Positions 25,108-39,081 of a stretch of 64,000 nt of DNA are shown piece by piece. The notes beneath the pieces are model-generated. The model searched no databases. It had not been told where the DNA came from and was given only the letters and a program-made list of their open reading frames with translations. This DNA is from Orbicella franksi. Its lineage: Eukaryota. Both the position numbers and the translations under genes were made by a program. The stretch's first letter is position 1. Each line of letters begins with the position of its first letter. The DNA lies in NCBI GenBank assembly GCA_964199315.1, contig OZ116699.1, positions 27,094,001 to 27,158,000 on the forward strand, written 5' to 3'.

Positions 25108-26613
25108 AAATTCCCAAACATTTGTTTAGAAACGTAGAAGTTTATATAAGTGCCTTTAGAAACCAAGCATCTCAAAAATTAATGACTGATATTGTGTTTG
25201 CCATGGATCGATGTCACGTAATGCGACTCTTCTGGAAAATTCAATTCATCGAACAAGGGAAAAGAGGGCTAAGGCTTCATCCACGAAAAGCCAAACTTAC
25301 AGCAACTCCAGATTCGTTCATAAGAATCCAAACACATCGCTCGCAGCTAAAGTACTCGGAATTGGTTCTATTTTTAAATACTGCATAATTTGATCCTTCC
25401 TCTATTTGTAAAATGATTACCTTTGATTGTGTTGTCTTGTTTCCAGCCTCAATTTCTGATGTAAATTGTAGATCTAAGAATAAAGACGAGCAAAATAAAT
25501 TTAATACAAAGTTTCGATGTCAAGTAATAAAGAAAAAACTTACAGCGACTAAAACAAAGCTTACTGAGTACAGCACATCACCGAAGGGAAGTGCTCTTAC
25601 AATGAACAATGGTGCATTTATACCTAGACGTGATTATGGGTGTAACCAATAGAAAGCTGCCATGATGCAGATCATATTGTGATAAGACTAGACAATCTTT
25701 CACAACACTTGACACTATAACACACTCAAGGATGTCACTCGATCTCTGCCGGGGTGAAGCATAATTTGACAGTGTTCTTATATAGTTAAATACAATAAAC
25801 AACTGTTTCCGAGGTTTGTATGTCACGTTCCATTAACTGCATGTTACTGCTTGTGCCGTACAACTTTCTTTATACAAATTAAAGGGTGATAGAGTAAATT
25901 AGCATATCTAGTGTTGTACTTCATGCGTAAGCATGTTAAAAATGTTAAGTAAATACTTTTGCATGGATAGAGTGCAATTGCGTGTTCAGGCTTGGCTTCT
26001 TGAATTTCATAGATAACACCTCATTAATTAAACAACGCTGTCGGACCACAATAATCAAGGTGATTTGTTGTGGGCAGCCTGTGGGATAATGGATACAGTG
26101 ATAAAACAGAAAGCCTTAAACCCTTGATTGATCAAGCCCTGCTAGAATCACAAGGCAGCGTTTTTATAATTATAATAACCTCTTAACTACTATCCTTGGG
26201 TTTACTCTACAACTAATATGAGTTCTGGAAAACGTAGGAAACGCTGGCGTACCCCATCTACAATCAATAACAGATCATCTGTAGGTGAATTAACCAAGGT
26301 GTAGGCGAGAATGAGTGTAGCCGACTTGACCGGATACCTTCCTTAATTACAAGTGAACTACCAAGACTAAATACAATTGCTCTCTGTGCATTCCCTGTGA
26401 CCAAACTAACCTACCAAATGAAAATTAACACTTTTTGAAGCCGCTTTGCTTAATTCATGTGCAAAAAAGAACTGGTGATCACATAACTATGCGTGAGCCT
26501 GCGTGGTATGCTTGTTGTGAACAATACATCTTTGTTTGAGTAATTACATGTATTGTGAAGCAAGATTTCCACCAACATTATGAGTCAAATGAAGATCCAG
26601 TGGTGGTTAGGAA

Positions 26614-27375
26614 ATTCAGTAAAACTATGGAAAATCTCAGAAAACAATGTAATGTTGAACTAGTGACTGATGAAAAGAAACTATTAAAATTAGCCTCAAA
26701 ACTGACTTATATTAGCAGCAATATATTCAATGAAAATCTGGTAGCAGTGCATAAGATCAAAGAATTTTTAACTCTCAAAACACCAGCTTATGTAGGAATG
26801 TGTATTCTTGATCTTTCCGAGACATTGACGTATGATTTTCACCACAACTATATTAAGTCCAAGTATGGTGACAAAGCTAAATTACTATTCACAGACACCG
26901 ACTCATTAACATACAAAATCAAAGCTGATGATGTGTATCAAGACTTCTGGTAAGATAATGATAAATTCGACAATAACAACTATGAAGAAGATAGCCCTTA
27001 CTTTGATAAAACCAACAAAAAGTAATTGGCAAATTCAAAGAGGACGCTGCTGGTGTTCCAATAACTAAATTCGTTGGTTTGAGAAGTAAACTGTATTCAT
27101 ACGTAAAAGACAATGACAAAGGCGGTAAAAACAGCTAAAGGAATAAAAGAAGAATGTCATCAAAAAGAATGTCAAACATGAAGACTATAAAGACATGCTA
27201 TTTCATGCGAAGCAAATGCATCATGCGATGAAAACTATCCAAAGCAATAATCATCAACTTGGAAGCTATGAGCTTAATAAAGTATCACTAAGCTGCTTCG
27301 ACGACAAACGATACAAGTTTACTAGAGGATGGCAGAAATTCATTCGCTTATGGCCATTATAAAATCCAACTGTAA
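26614..27375 (+). pseudogene. pPolB remnant, copy 2
   Basis: Near-identical to copy 1, about 2727 bp downstream; in-frame TAA after YQDFW. Confidence 0.9.
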
Positions 27376-29341
27376 ATGAACTTCACACAAAACAAAATTT
27401 CACTAAAAAACTTTCACAATTGTGAAGTGAAAATATGAGCTTTTTGATTGGTTCAAAAAGTATTTAAAATTAGGGAAAAATCCCATATTACAAGTTCCTG
27501 TTTTTCTAAAAATCCCACGCAATGCAAATATTTCCTGTTTTTCCAAGAATGTCATGCTGTGGAGATCACGCTACAGAGAGAGATGCCAGGAGACCCCCTC
27601 ATGAAGCAGTGCTTTTTTACCCCCCTTGAAGAGCAGTTTTCATAAAATGGGAAAAATAGATGGTTTCCAATTATTCATAATATCTAAACGTACTTTTTAG
27701 TTTACGAAACATATAGATTACAAAAATTTTGGAAACATATAGATTGTAAATTTCTTTTGATTCCCACAAAATTATTTCCATGAAATGGAAAGCACTATTG
27801 AAGTTACGTTCGTACCCTCAACTTCTATACCACCAAATTCCCAAACATTTGTTTAGAAACGTAGAAGTTTATATAAGTGCCTTTAGAAACCAAGCATCTC
27901 AAAAATTAATGACTGATATTGTGTTTGCCATGGATCGATGTCACGTAATGCGACTCTTCTGGAAAATTCAATTCATCGAACAAGGGAAAAGAGGGCTAAG
28001 GCTTCATCCACGAAAAGCCAAACTTACAGCAACTCCAGATTCGTTCATAAGAATCCAAACACATCGCTCGCAGCTAAAGTACTCGGAATTGGTTCTATTT
28101 TTAAATACTGCATAATTTGATCCTTCCTCTATTTGTAAAATGATTACCTTTGATTGTGTCGTCTTGTTTCCAGCCTCAATTTCTGATGTAAATTGTAGAT
28201 CTAAGAATAAAGACGAGCAAAATAAATTTAATACAAAGTTTCGATGTCAAGTAATAAAGAAAAAACTTACAGCGACTAAAACAAAGCTTACTGAGTACAG
28301 CACATCACCGAAGGGAAGTGCTCTTACAATGAACAATGGTGCATTTATACCTAGACGTGATTATGGGTGTAACCAATAGAAAGCTGCCATGATGCAGATC
28401 ATATTGTGATAAGACTAGACAATCTTTCACAACACTTGACACTATAACACACTCAAGGATGTCACTCGATCTCTGCCGGGGTGAAGCATAATTTGACAGT
28501 GTTCTTATATAGTTAAATACAATAAACAACTGTTTCCGAGGTTTGTATGTCACGTTCCATTAACTGCATGTTACTGCTTGTGCCGTACAACTTTCTTTAT
28601 ACAAATTAAAGGGTGATAGAGTAAATTAGCATATCTAGTGTTGTACTTCATGCGTAAGCATGTTAAAAATGTTAAGTAAATACTTTTGCATGGATAGAGT
28701 GCAATTGCGTGTTCAGGCTTGGCTTCTTGAATTTCATAGATAACACCTCATTAATTAAACAACGCTGTCGGACCACAATAATCAAGGTGATTTGTTGTGG
28801 GCAGCCTGTGGGATAATGGATACAGTGATAAAACAGAAAGCCTTAAACCCTTGATTGATCAAGCCCTGCTAGAATCACAAGGCAGCGTTTTTATAATTAT
28901 AATAACCTCTTAACTACTATCCTTGGGTTTACTCTACAACTAATATGAGTTCTGGAAAAAGGTAGGAAACGCTGGCGTACCCCATCTACAATCAATAACA
29001 GATCATCTGTAGGTGAATTAACCAAGGTGTAGGCGAGAATGAGTGTAGCCGACTTGACCGGATACCTTCCTTAATTACAAGTGAACTACCAAGACTAAAT
29101 ACAATTGCTCTCTGTGCATTCCCTGTGACCAAACTAACCTACCAAATGAAAATTAACACTTTTTGAAGCCGCTTTGCTTAATTCATGTGCAAAAAAGAAC
29201 TGGTGATCACATAACTATGCGTGAGCCTGCGTGGTATGCTTGTTGTGAACAATACATCTTTGTTTGAGTAATTACATGTATTGTGAAGCAAGATTTCCAC
29301 CAACATTATGAGTCAAATGAAGATCCAGTGGTGGTTAGGAA

Positions 29342-30103
29342 ATTCAGTAAAACTATGGAAAATCTCAGAAAACAATGTAATGTTGAACTAGTGACTGATG
29401 AAAAGAAACTATTAAAATTAGCCTCAAAACTGACTTATATTAGCAGCAATATATTCAATGAAAATCTGGTAGCAGTGCATAAGATCAAAGAATTTTTAAC
29501 TCTCAAAACACCAGCTTATGTAGGAATGTGTATTCTTGATCTTTCCGAGACATTGACGTATGATTTTCACCACAACTATATTAAGTCCAAGTATGGTGAC
29601 AAAGCTAAATTACTATTCACAGACACCGACTCATTAACATACAAAATCAAAGCTGATGATGTGTATCAAGACTTCTGGTAAGATAATGATAAATTCGACA
29701 ATAACAACTATGAAGAAGATAGCCCTTACTTTGATAAAACCAACAAAAAGTAATTGGCAAATTCAAAGAGGACGCTGCTGGTGTTCCAATAACTAAATTC
29801 GTTGGTTTGAGAAGTAAACTGTATTCATACGTAAAAGACAATGACAAAGGCAGTAAAAACAGCTAAAGGAATAAAAGAAGAATGTCATCAAAAAGAATGT
29901 CAAACATGAAGACTATAAAGACATGCTATTTCATGCGAAGCAAATGCATCATGCGATGAAAACTATCCAAAGCAATAATCATCAACTTGGAAGCTATGAG
30001 CTTAATAAAGTATCACTAAGCTGCTTCGACGACAAACGATACAAGTTTACTAGAGGATGGCAGAAATTCATTCGCTTATGGCCATTATAAAATCCAACTG
30101 TAA
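29342..30103 (+). pseudogene. pPolB remnant, copy 3
   Basis: Near-identical to copy 2, 2728 bp downstream. Confidence 0.9.
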
Positions 30104-31465
30104 ATGAACTTCACACAAAACAAAATTTCACTAAAAAACTTTCACAATTGTGAAGTGAAAATATGAGCTTTTTGATTGGTTCAAAAAGTATTTAAAATTA
30201 GGGAAAAATCCCATATTACAAGTTCCTGTTTTTCTAAAAATCCCACGCAATGCAAATATTTCCTGTTTTTCCAAGAATGTCATGCTGTGGAGATCACGCT
30301 ACAGAGAGAGATGCCAGGAGACCCCCTCATGAAGCAGTGCTTTTTTACCCCCCTTGAAGAGCAGTTTTCATAAAATGGGAAAAATAGATGGTTTCCAATT
30401 ATTCATAATATCTAAACGTACTTTTTAGTTTACGAAACATATAGATTACAAAAATTTTGGAAACATATAGATTGTAAATTTCTTTTGATTCCCACAAAAT
30501 TATTTCCATGAAATGGAAAGCACTATTGAAGTTACGTTCGTACCCTCAACTTCTATACCACCAAATTCCCAAACATTTGTTTAGAAACGTAGAAGTTTAT
30601 ATAAGTGCCTTTAGAAACCAAGCATCTCAAAAATTAATGACTGATATTGTGTTTGCCATGGATCGATGTCACGTAATGCGACTCTTCTGGAAAATTCAAT
30701 TCATCGAACAAGGGAAAAGAGGGCTAAGGCTTCATCCACGAAAAGCCAAACTTACAGCAACTCCAGATTCGTTCATAAGAATCCAAACACATCCCTCGCA
30801 GCTAAAGTACTCAGAATTGGTTCTATTTTTAAATACTGCATAATTTGATCCTTCCTCTATTTGTAAAATGATTACCTTTGATTGTGTCGTCTTGTTTCCA
30901 GCCTCAATTTCTGATGTAAATTGTAGATCTAAGAATAAAGACGAGCAAAATAAATTTAATACAAAGTTTCGATGTCAAGTAATAAAGAAAAAACTTACAG
31001 CGACTAAAACAAAGCTTACTGAGTACAGCACATCACCGAAGGGAAGTGCTCTTACAATGAACAATGGTGCATTTATACCTAGACGTGATTATGGGTGTAA
31101 CCAATAGAAAGCTGCCATGATGCAGATCATATTGTGATAAGACTAGACAATCTTTCACAACACTTGACACTATAACATACTCAAGGATCTCACTCGATCT
31201 CTGCGGGGTGCCATGCATAATTCGATAGCGTTCTTACATAGTTTTAAAAAAGAGGGAAAAGAGGGCTAAGGCTTCATCCACGAAAAGCCAAACTTACAGC
31301 TACTCCAGATTCGTTCATAAGAATCCAAACACATTCCTTGCAGCTAAAGTATTCGGAATAGATTCTCTTTTTACATACTGCATAATTTGATCCTTCTTCT
31401 ATTCGTAAAATGATTATCTTCGATTGTGTCGTCTTGTCTCCAATCCAGTGTCGTCTTGTTTCGAT

Positions 31466-31771
31466 TAGTCTGCGATGCAGGGGTATTTTGGCTAGCGATC
31501 GAGCAAATTTTGACCAAGCGAGCGCCATCTTGGATTCAAACTCGGAAGAGGATTGGGGAGAGACGAAAAGGTGTCCTAGGGAGTGAGTGTTAGGATGAAA
31601 GAGGAGTGACAGGGGAGGGTGAGGGGAAGAAAAAATCAGAAATTTCTTCCTCTTCTTCCCCAACCCCTTCCGCCCACTTTTTCTAAACCAACATGGCGGC
31701 GAATCTACTCGATCGCGAGTTTATACTGCTATAATTCGTGAAGAAACGGAAAACGCCTGCACTGCAGGCTA
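31466..31771. mobile_element. MITE with a 9-bp TSD (Mutator-like TSD length)
   Basis: TIRs TAGTCTGCGATGCAGG / CCTGCACTGCAGGCTA; flanks TGTTTCGAT (31457-31465) and CGTTTCGAT (31772-31780). Confidence 0.8.
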
Positions 31772-33204
31772 CGTTTCGATGTCATGTAATAACGAAAAAA
31801 CTTACAGCGACTAAAACAAAGCTTACTAAGGACAGCACGCCACCGAAGGGAAGTGCCTTTACAATGAATAATGGTGCATTTATACCTAGACATGATTATA
31901 GGTGTAACCAATAGAAAGCTGCCATGATCCAGATCATATTGTGATAAGACCAGACAATCTTTCGCAACACTTGACACAATAACGCATTCAAGGACCTCAC
32001 TCGATCTCTGCGGGTGCCATGCATAATTCGATAGCGTTCTTACATAGTTTTAACCATGTAAGAACGTTAACATTAATTGGGCACGCCGGAATACAATAAA
32101 CAACTGTTTCCGAGGTTTGCATGTCACGCTCCATTAACTGCGTTTTACTGCTTGTGCCGTAAAACTTTCTTATACAAATGAAAGGGTGATAGTGTCATAG
32201 AGTAAATTAGCATATCCAGTGTTGTACTTCACGCGTAAGCATGTTTAAAATGTTAAGTTAATACTTTTGCGCGGATAGAGTGAGATTGCGTGTTCAGGCT
32301 TGGCTTCTTCAATTTTATAGACAACAACGCAGTCGGACCACAATAATCAAGGCGATTTGTTGTGGAAAAGCCTGTGGGATAATGGATTCAGCTATAAAAC
32401 AGAAAGCCTTAAACCCTTGATTGATCAAGCCCCGCTAGAATCACAAGGCAACGTTTTTATAATTATAATAACCTCTTAACTACTATCCTTGGGTTTACTT
32501 TGCAGCTAATATGAGTTCTGGAAAACGTAGGAAACGCTGGCGTACCCCATCTACAATCAATAACAGATCGTCTGTAGGCGAGTTAACCACGGTGGTGTAG
32601 GCGAGATTGAACGTAGGCAACTTGACCGGATACCTTCCTTAACTGAAATAGAAGTGAGCTTCCAAGACTAAACTGATACGCTAGCTGTATTTTAACTTTT
32701 TGGGACTTTTAAAGTACCCAAAATTAGCCACACTGCAAAGCATCATTATCAGATATTTAGTAAACACGTCGGTGATTCATGCTTGCAAACGGAAATTTCC
32801 ATGCCCAACAGGTCAACAATCTGCAAAGAAAACCAGTTAATACGGACCTCTCGTATCGTGCTCTGTGATTGGTTGATGCATGCGACATGGTTGCATGGGT
32901 TGCAAGCATATGATTGGCTTATTTCGTCTGCGTAATATTAGCTCGGCTTTCTTCCTTGAACTTATTTCGGTAGCTTAGATTTGTGAGTGCTTGATCTTCG
33001 GAATTTCAAATTGCGTTATCTTCGGAATTTCAATTTCAATGTATAATACCTTACTACATTTGCTTCGTTATTCTTCGTTATTTGAGCTTGCTTTTTTACT
33101 GCACATATTGGTTTCGTTTTGACATTGCTTCGCTTCGCTTCGTTCTTTGTTCTTCGTTCTTCGCTTCGTTCTTAGACATTGCGTGGTTTCGTTGTAACAT
33201 TCCA

Positions 33205-36200
33205 ATGATTCCTTCTACAAGCACAAAACGAGGGTTTGGTGAATGTTCGCGTTGCAAAAGTACATATTCAACGCGTTGGAAGCCAGCTAAATGTCAGAGA
33301 TGTGGCTTCCATCTTGGTGGAACGAAAGAACCAGCAACTAAAAAGCCAAAGAGCAGTTGTCCTGGTGCCGTTGTTGTTTTAGCCACCAAGGAGATGTCAA
33401 TTTTCTCGGCTAGAACAAGTACACGCGACGATCGTTGTTTTGTTATGAAAGAAGGCGACTTGTTCTTTTGTAGCCACAAAGACTGCATGAGTGTTCGTGC
33501 AACTTTTGTGTCTTCGGGACGTGCTGCGTCCTTTAGTTGCAAGCATTCTGAAGAGTGTAAAGATGCTGTTCCCCCTCAAGACACATTCGAATTATCTCGC
33601 GACAAAATTGAGGATTATAATGGAGACGGTGCTTCCAAGGAAATGCTCTCCGCTTTACTTGGGTCACAGAAAAGCATGGCTGTTGTGGTGAAAGTATCAG
33701 ATATATCTTATGCTGTGCTTGGTTTTCCTTCAACCAATAACACCATGGGATATATCCATGTGAAGATCTTGGATGGGGTTTTGACCTGCAGCTCTAAAGA
33801 CACTGACTGCAGGTCTTTCGTGGCGAAGGGAAGGTACGAACGGGCCAAGAAATTTTGCGTCCATCTCCACGCTATCTTCTGCACCGGAGGCTACTGCCAA
33901 GAACAAGGCACCAGCACTAGCACTTCTCCTATAGCTGATCCTCTTCCTAGTGCCTCGTCAGCTTCATCTTTACCGTTACAGCGGATGAAAACCATGGAAC
34001 TAAACTCGAGCCGGCAGTTGCCTTACGATTTCATCTCCCCTGCACTTCTTACTGCAATCGATGCTCGCAATGCTAGTTCTTGGCCCTCTCTATTGTACCC
34101 AACGGCTTCTGCTTGTGGGTTATGTGGGCATAATCTGGGGAATCAAATTAAGCATCCTGGCAGCGAAGGGCAGGCTTACTTGGTTACTTCTGCAAGGCCG
34201 TATTCGAAAGTGGAAGTCAGAATAAAGGTATGTCAGAGGGATACCTGCAGAGCCATTCACCAAGTAGACCCCTCGGACATCGGTGAGTGTTGGATTTCAC
34301 AAATTTGTTTTTGAAATTTAGAAGTTATATTCTCAAAGTTGTTGGCTTTGTATTTTGGTTTAATGCATTATCCTTTTATCAAATGCCTCTCGCTCACTAT
34401 GAGGGCACTGCGCCTTCCACATAGAGGCCCATAACACATAGTGAGCCTTACCATATCTAAGAAGTTGTTGGTGCAAAATTAGTACCTGGTTTTTAAGCAG
34501 ATGCCGCCATTTCTTGAGAACCCTGGCTATTTATAGTAAAAGGCTTTCATTACTGTTTTTTCTCTGCACAATATCTTTTTTTGTTAGGCCTGTTTAATGT
34601 AGCAGATTCTGTGCTGATATCATTTGACATCCTATTGGAATGGCGTGAACATTTCAAACTTGGACACCCTATCAGTAATGTGATCATGGCCAAGCTGACA
34701 TTCTTGAATCAGAAGTTGGAACAGGTACATTTGCAACAAATATATATTCTCAAATATCAAGGTTTGCCTCTGCCAAGCAGAAACTGCTATATCATCCTGT
34801 TCTCTCATGTCTTTCTTATAGTACATAAAACAATCTGATATTGTTTTCCTCATCATTGTTCAGCTGGTTCTAAGGTTTGCCTTGTTCCTCTGTTGGCTAA
34901 CTTTGTCACATTCTTTTATCAAGTCTCACAGATTATCAAATGCAAAGCTGGATTACATTGCCAGTTTGTCCTACCAAGGATTTTACTGTTTTGAGACCAT
35001 CACAACAAGAAACCTGGATGATGTTATTTGTGGAATTTGTGGAATTGTTGGCGAAGTGTATCTTGGTGATGGCAACGAGAAGAACTGTTGTAACAATAGC
35101 AGGGTGAGAATTTGCATATATATTGCTGAATTGTCTTTCTTTGTTTACTATACCTCCACGTGTTTTGTCCCATGGAATCTTGGGAGGTTAGCTGTTTTTA
35201 CACATGCTTTCAGTGTTGCATGCATAGGGGACATCCTTTGACCATCTTTCCACATGCCACACTTTGTCTATTGCAACATTGTTTGGGGAAACTGTCGGCT
35301 AACTTTACGAAATAAGTGACAAAAACTACAAAATAAAGCAGCCCGTGTTTTGACCTACTCAGGCTACGATGTAGTGGCTGGTTTAATCTTCTCAGGTAGA
35401 AACATTTAACAAGCCAGCAGCAAATTCAAAGAGCTATCAAGGATAGTTTATAATTCTCTTTCTTAGTTGGCTCCAGACTATCTAAGTTCTAAATTTGAGG
35501 GACAAGAACCGCATATAACCTTAGGGCCTCTGACGATAAACTTAAGTTTCTGCTCTATTACATTTTTATGCCTCGGCTTAACAACGAAACTACTGTTATT
35601 GGTTTTTGTATTTGTTCTTTTCATGGTAGATTGATTTTTCAAGCATAGATGACAAAAAGGAAGTGTGTTCACTGGAAAATTTCATGGAGAAAATTCGTCA
35701 TCATATGATTGAGCAGTGTGTGTATAGCAGGGCCAACGAGCATATGAAATTTGCTGCTGAAGAAATTCCTCCAATTATTCCACCAGCATTTAGAGGGTCT
35801 GTTGTGTTCAATACTGAAATGGACAAAAAGAGTGAATTTTTGAAAGGCAGTCAAACCCCTGAAGGTAGAACTGGTATTTCCTTTTAAAATTCCATTTGTA
35901 GTGCAGTGGAACATGTGTTAAGTGGGCACCCTCAGAAGGAAAAAAATTAATAATACTCTCATGGAATGCTAGTGTCAGAAATCTACAGTAATGTCACAAG
36001 GAGGGATTGATTACAGATAATGGAGATATCATAATTTGTCTCATCCATTGTTAAGGGTAAATTCCATCATAGTTTGTTTTATCCATTACTAACTCTTAAA
36101 AGGCTTGTTGAGCATTTTGTAATTATTTGACTTCATCGCCCTGTTAGTGTGTGACATCTGCATTATTATTTTTGTTTTGGACTAAAGGTCAAGATGTTAT

Positions 36201-39081
36201 TTAGCCATTGTTAATATTTTTTTCCATCTGGTTCTACATTTCAGAATAATGGTAGGATGAATTGAATAGATTTGTCCTTTCTCCGACTCCTTCCTTTCAA
36301 CAATACTAGCCCCGGTTTGGTTTGCCAATAAGGAAAATCGTCGATCTTGACTGATAACTTTCCACAGAGGAACAATAATACTATTATTGTGAATCCTTAT
36401 TATTATATTCACGATGGCTTGTTTCTTTATCTCAATATTAGGTGACTCCTACAAGCTGTTGAATTTGGTAAAATCCAAAGTTCTTGACATGGAAAAACTT
36501 CAAACCATGTCAAAAGAGGAATTAGATGATGTTGCAAGAAATTGTGGGATCAAAATCTCCAGTAAATCTGCTGTAAGTTTCCATTATTCGTGTTGTTATA
36601 TACGTTGCTATCTTTTCTAATAACTTCAGGAGTAACAAGCCTGTGCTCTATCAGCACCCGGGTGACAGGAAAAACATACCTAGTCGCCCCGCTGGGCGAC
36701 CTGCTTTTTGAGATTTAATTTAGAAATGAAAACAGCCTCATTAACTTTTCTTTCTCTTATTGATTTCTTGCATTGTAATGAAGATTACAAGGCAAAATTC
36801 AAAATGTTTAAATCCATCTGTGAAGTCAAAACATTGGACATTTAATGACTCAGTTTGATGCGTACGTTTCACACTGGGCTACAGTGATACGTACAGCAGT
36901 TTCCCTGTTAACTTCTTATCACTTCAAAAAGTCTTGTTAGCTCTTGTGGTTTTTTCAATGTGCATGAAAAGTCCCTTGTTGAAGGAAAATGTGAACTAAA
37001 TTATCAGAAGCGCATGCATAGAGGGAAAAGAGGGAATTGAAAAATGACTTACTTTTTCTACATATAATAACCATTTTAACTCAAAAAAATGTGTACATTT
37101 CGTCTTTCTTTGTGGACTTTTGCACACAGTATTACCAAAAATTACATGAGAATCTTTATATTAATAGGATAACTGGCCTAGAAACAATGCAAGACATTTT
37201 TATTTGATGGTCAGTTGGTTATCATATATTAATTGTTATTAGTTAATTATAAATAATGAATCAATTAATTAATTTTGAATTTTTTTTGGTTCAGGCTACC
37301 GAGCTTCACCTCTGGACACCCTAGCCTGCAAGGTTGGGTACCCAAAGGGCTCCCTAGAATTCATCTTACAGCACAGCCTTGAATAATAATTGACATTTAC
37401 ATTATCACAACTAGTAATTGTTTACAGAAAATAACGTCTATGTTTTTAGACGAAAGTCTATGTGTATATGAATTTTCTAGTTCGATAGGATTGTTAAATG
37501 TTACTAACTTTTGCAATCATTCTGACTACCTTCTTGAAATTAATTTTGAGGTGGTGCCAACCACACATCCTCTACAACTCTTATTTGGAAGATTTTTTCT
37601 AGTTTATGAAATAAGAAATGACATTCCTTGTCTTTTCAGACCAAATTACGTCTGGACATCCATGCTTTGTATGCGACTCTGTTGGTAGGGTTATGTCCAT
37701 GCCATGGCTACAACAAGTCACCTGGTAGAACTGGAGGATTTTATCACTTAGTTTGTCGACATGGAGTGAGTACATCTTGGTAATGTCAAGCAATTTGGCC
37801 ACCACAATTAGCGATTCCTATCAGCAATTTAAAAAAAAATTAGATCTGACAGACAGACAGAAAACCAGACAGATATGACACTTGAGTCGTGTCCTATAAT
37901 TTTAAGGTAGTTGTCATGTAACTTTATTGAATTACCAAAGGCATAATTCTATTGAAATATTCCTTTAGACAACTGTGGCCTCAAAGTTTTTGACATTGGC
38001 TGAATCTGTTAGGGATGCTGCTGATCTTTATTTGTCACTGAAGTATCCACCCCCCTGTGTTTATAAGTGATTCTCCTTGTGGATTTGCAAGACATATGGA
38101 GTGTCGTGTTCCTGATATCACTGATATTGTGTGGGGAGAAAACTATGGCTGTTTTGAAAAACCAGAGTTTGGAAGACATCCTAATGTAAGCATTTTGTCT
38201 ATATTTAATACGTCAACCTCTATTAAGCAGGCACCCCTGGGTCAACTTTATTTTAGGGTGTTCACCGCCTCTGTATGTTTGGATGAATTCCAAACTTACA
38301 GGTAATGGTTGTTTTCCTTGATGTGTATTTTTTAAAATCCAACATGATTGATTGAACCTACGAACGAATTAACGAACAAGTGATAATCTGATTTACCTTC
38401 AACCACTGGCCATACTCTATTTTAATTCTTCAGAATAACATTAACTGACACTGCGGGATGAAACCTATTTATTGTAAAACATAGATTCTCTTAACAGATG
38501 GCAAATATATATTGACACAAATTGTTTGCCAAATTCGTGAGAAAGGTAACAAAATGTTTCAGGAATCATATGTTTATATTTACATTTGTTCCCATTTGTT
38601 CCCATTTGTTTATGTCAGTACTTTCTTTCTCATGCAGTGCGATGTTGATGTTCCCTACATAGTCCCACAGGAATATAGAGACATGTCAAGGCAGTTGCAA
38701 AACCCAGACAACCTAGAGAGACTCCAGCATCCAGTAACCATGACAACACGGCACTATGTTCTGGGTGATCGTTTTCATAACAAATCCAATCCTCACAAGT
38801 CACCCTTGTGTGTTTACCACGACATTGACAAATGCCGACAAAGTTTAACAATTAAAACAAGTTATCAGGAAGTTGAGAACTCGCGCAAAAACCAGCGGCG
38901 TTTACGCAGTTCTTGTGCACAATCCTTTGGCACTCACTTCTTGTTTAATTATTTGATGGACTACTATCAGAATGAAGCAATAGTAGAACATCAACGATTA
39001 CGACTTGAGTCCATGCTGAAAGACAATGAAACAATTGCTCGGGATGTTTACAAACGTTTTGTAATTGTTAAGAAATTGTAA
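33205..39081 (+). CDS. KDZ/Zisupton-type transposase (HMGXB3-like), 8 exons, ~848 aa if one extra C is removed
   Basis: Exons 33205-34282, 34588-34724, 34924-35103, 35630-35864, 36442-36572, 37640-37765, 37969-38185, 38638-39081, all GT-AG with matching phases. N-terminal CxxC pair, two SWIM-like CxnC..CxH fingers, GLFNV, ICGICG, PPAFRGSVVFNTE, SAP-like LQTMSKEELDDVARNCGI, RTGG..CRHG, ESVRDAAD, FISDSPC, GDRFH. +1 frameshift in the C run at 38050-38055. Confidence 0.85.

Larger units (their letters stand above)
22710..31245. repeat. Tandem array with a 2727/2728-bp unit, about 3 copies
   Basis: The same ORFs recur at 23829/26555/29283; Polinton right end plus TSD recurs at 25107, 27834 and 30562; the first ~500 bp is a more diverged copy. 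Confidence 0.95.

Noticed and set aside
23829-30103. Functional DNA polymerase genes
   Set aside because: Only the C-terminal third is present, with stops and frameshifts in all three copies
33082-33204. Phe-rich 41-aa extension of the 410-aa ORF
   Set aside because: Non-ATG start and low-complexity TTCG(T/C) repeats; the ATG at 33205 is the plausible start
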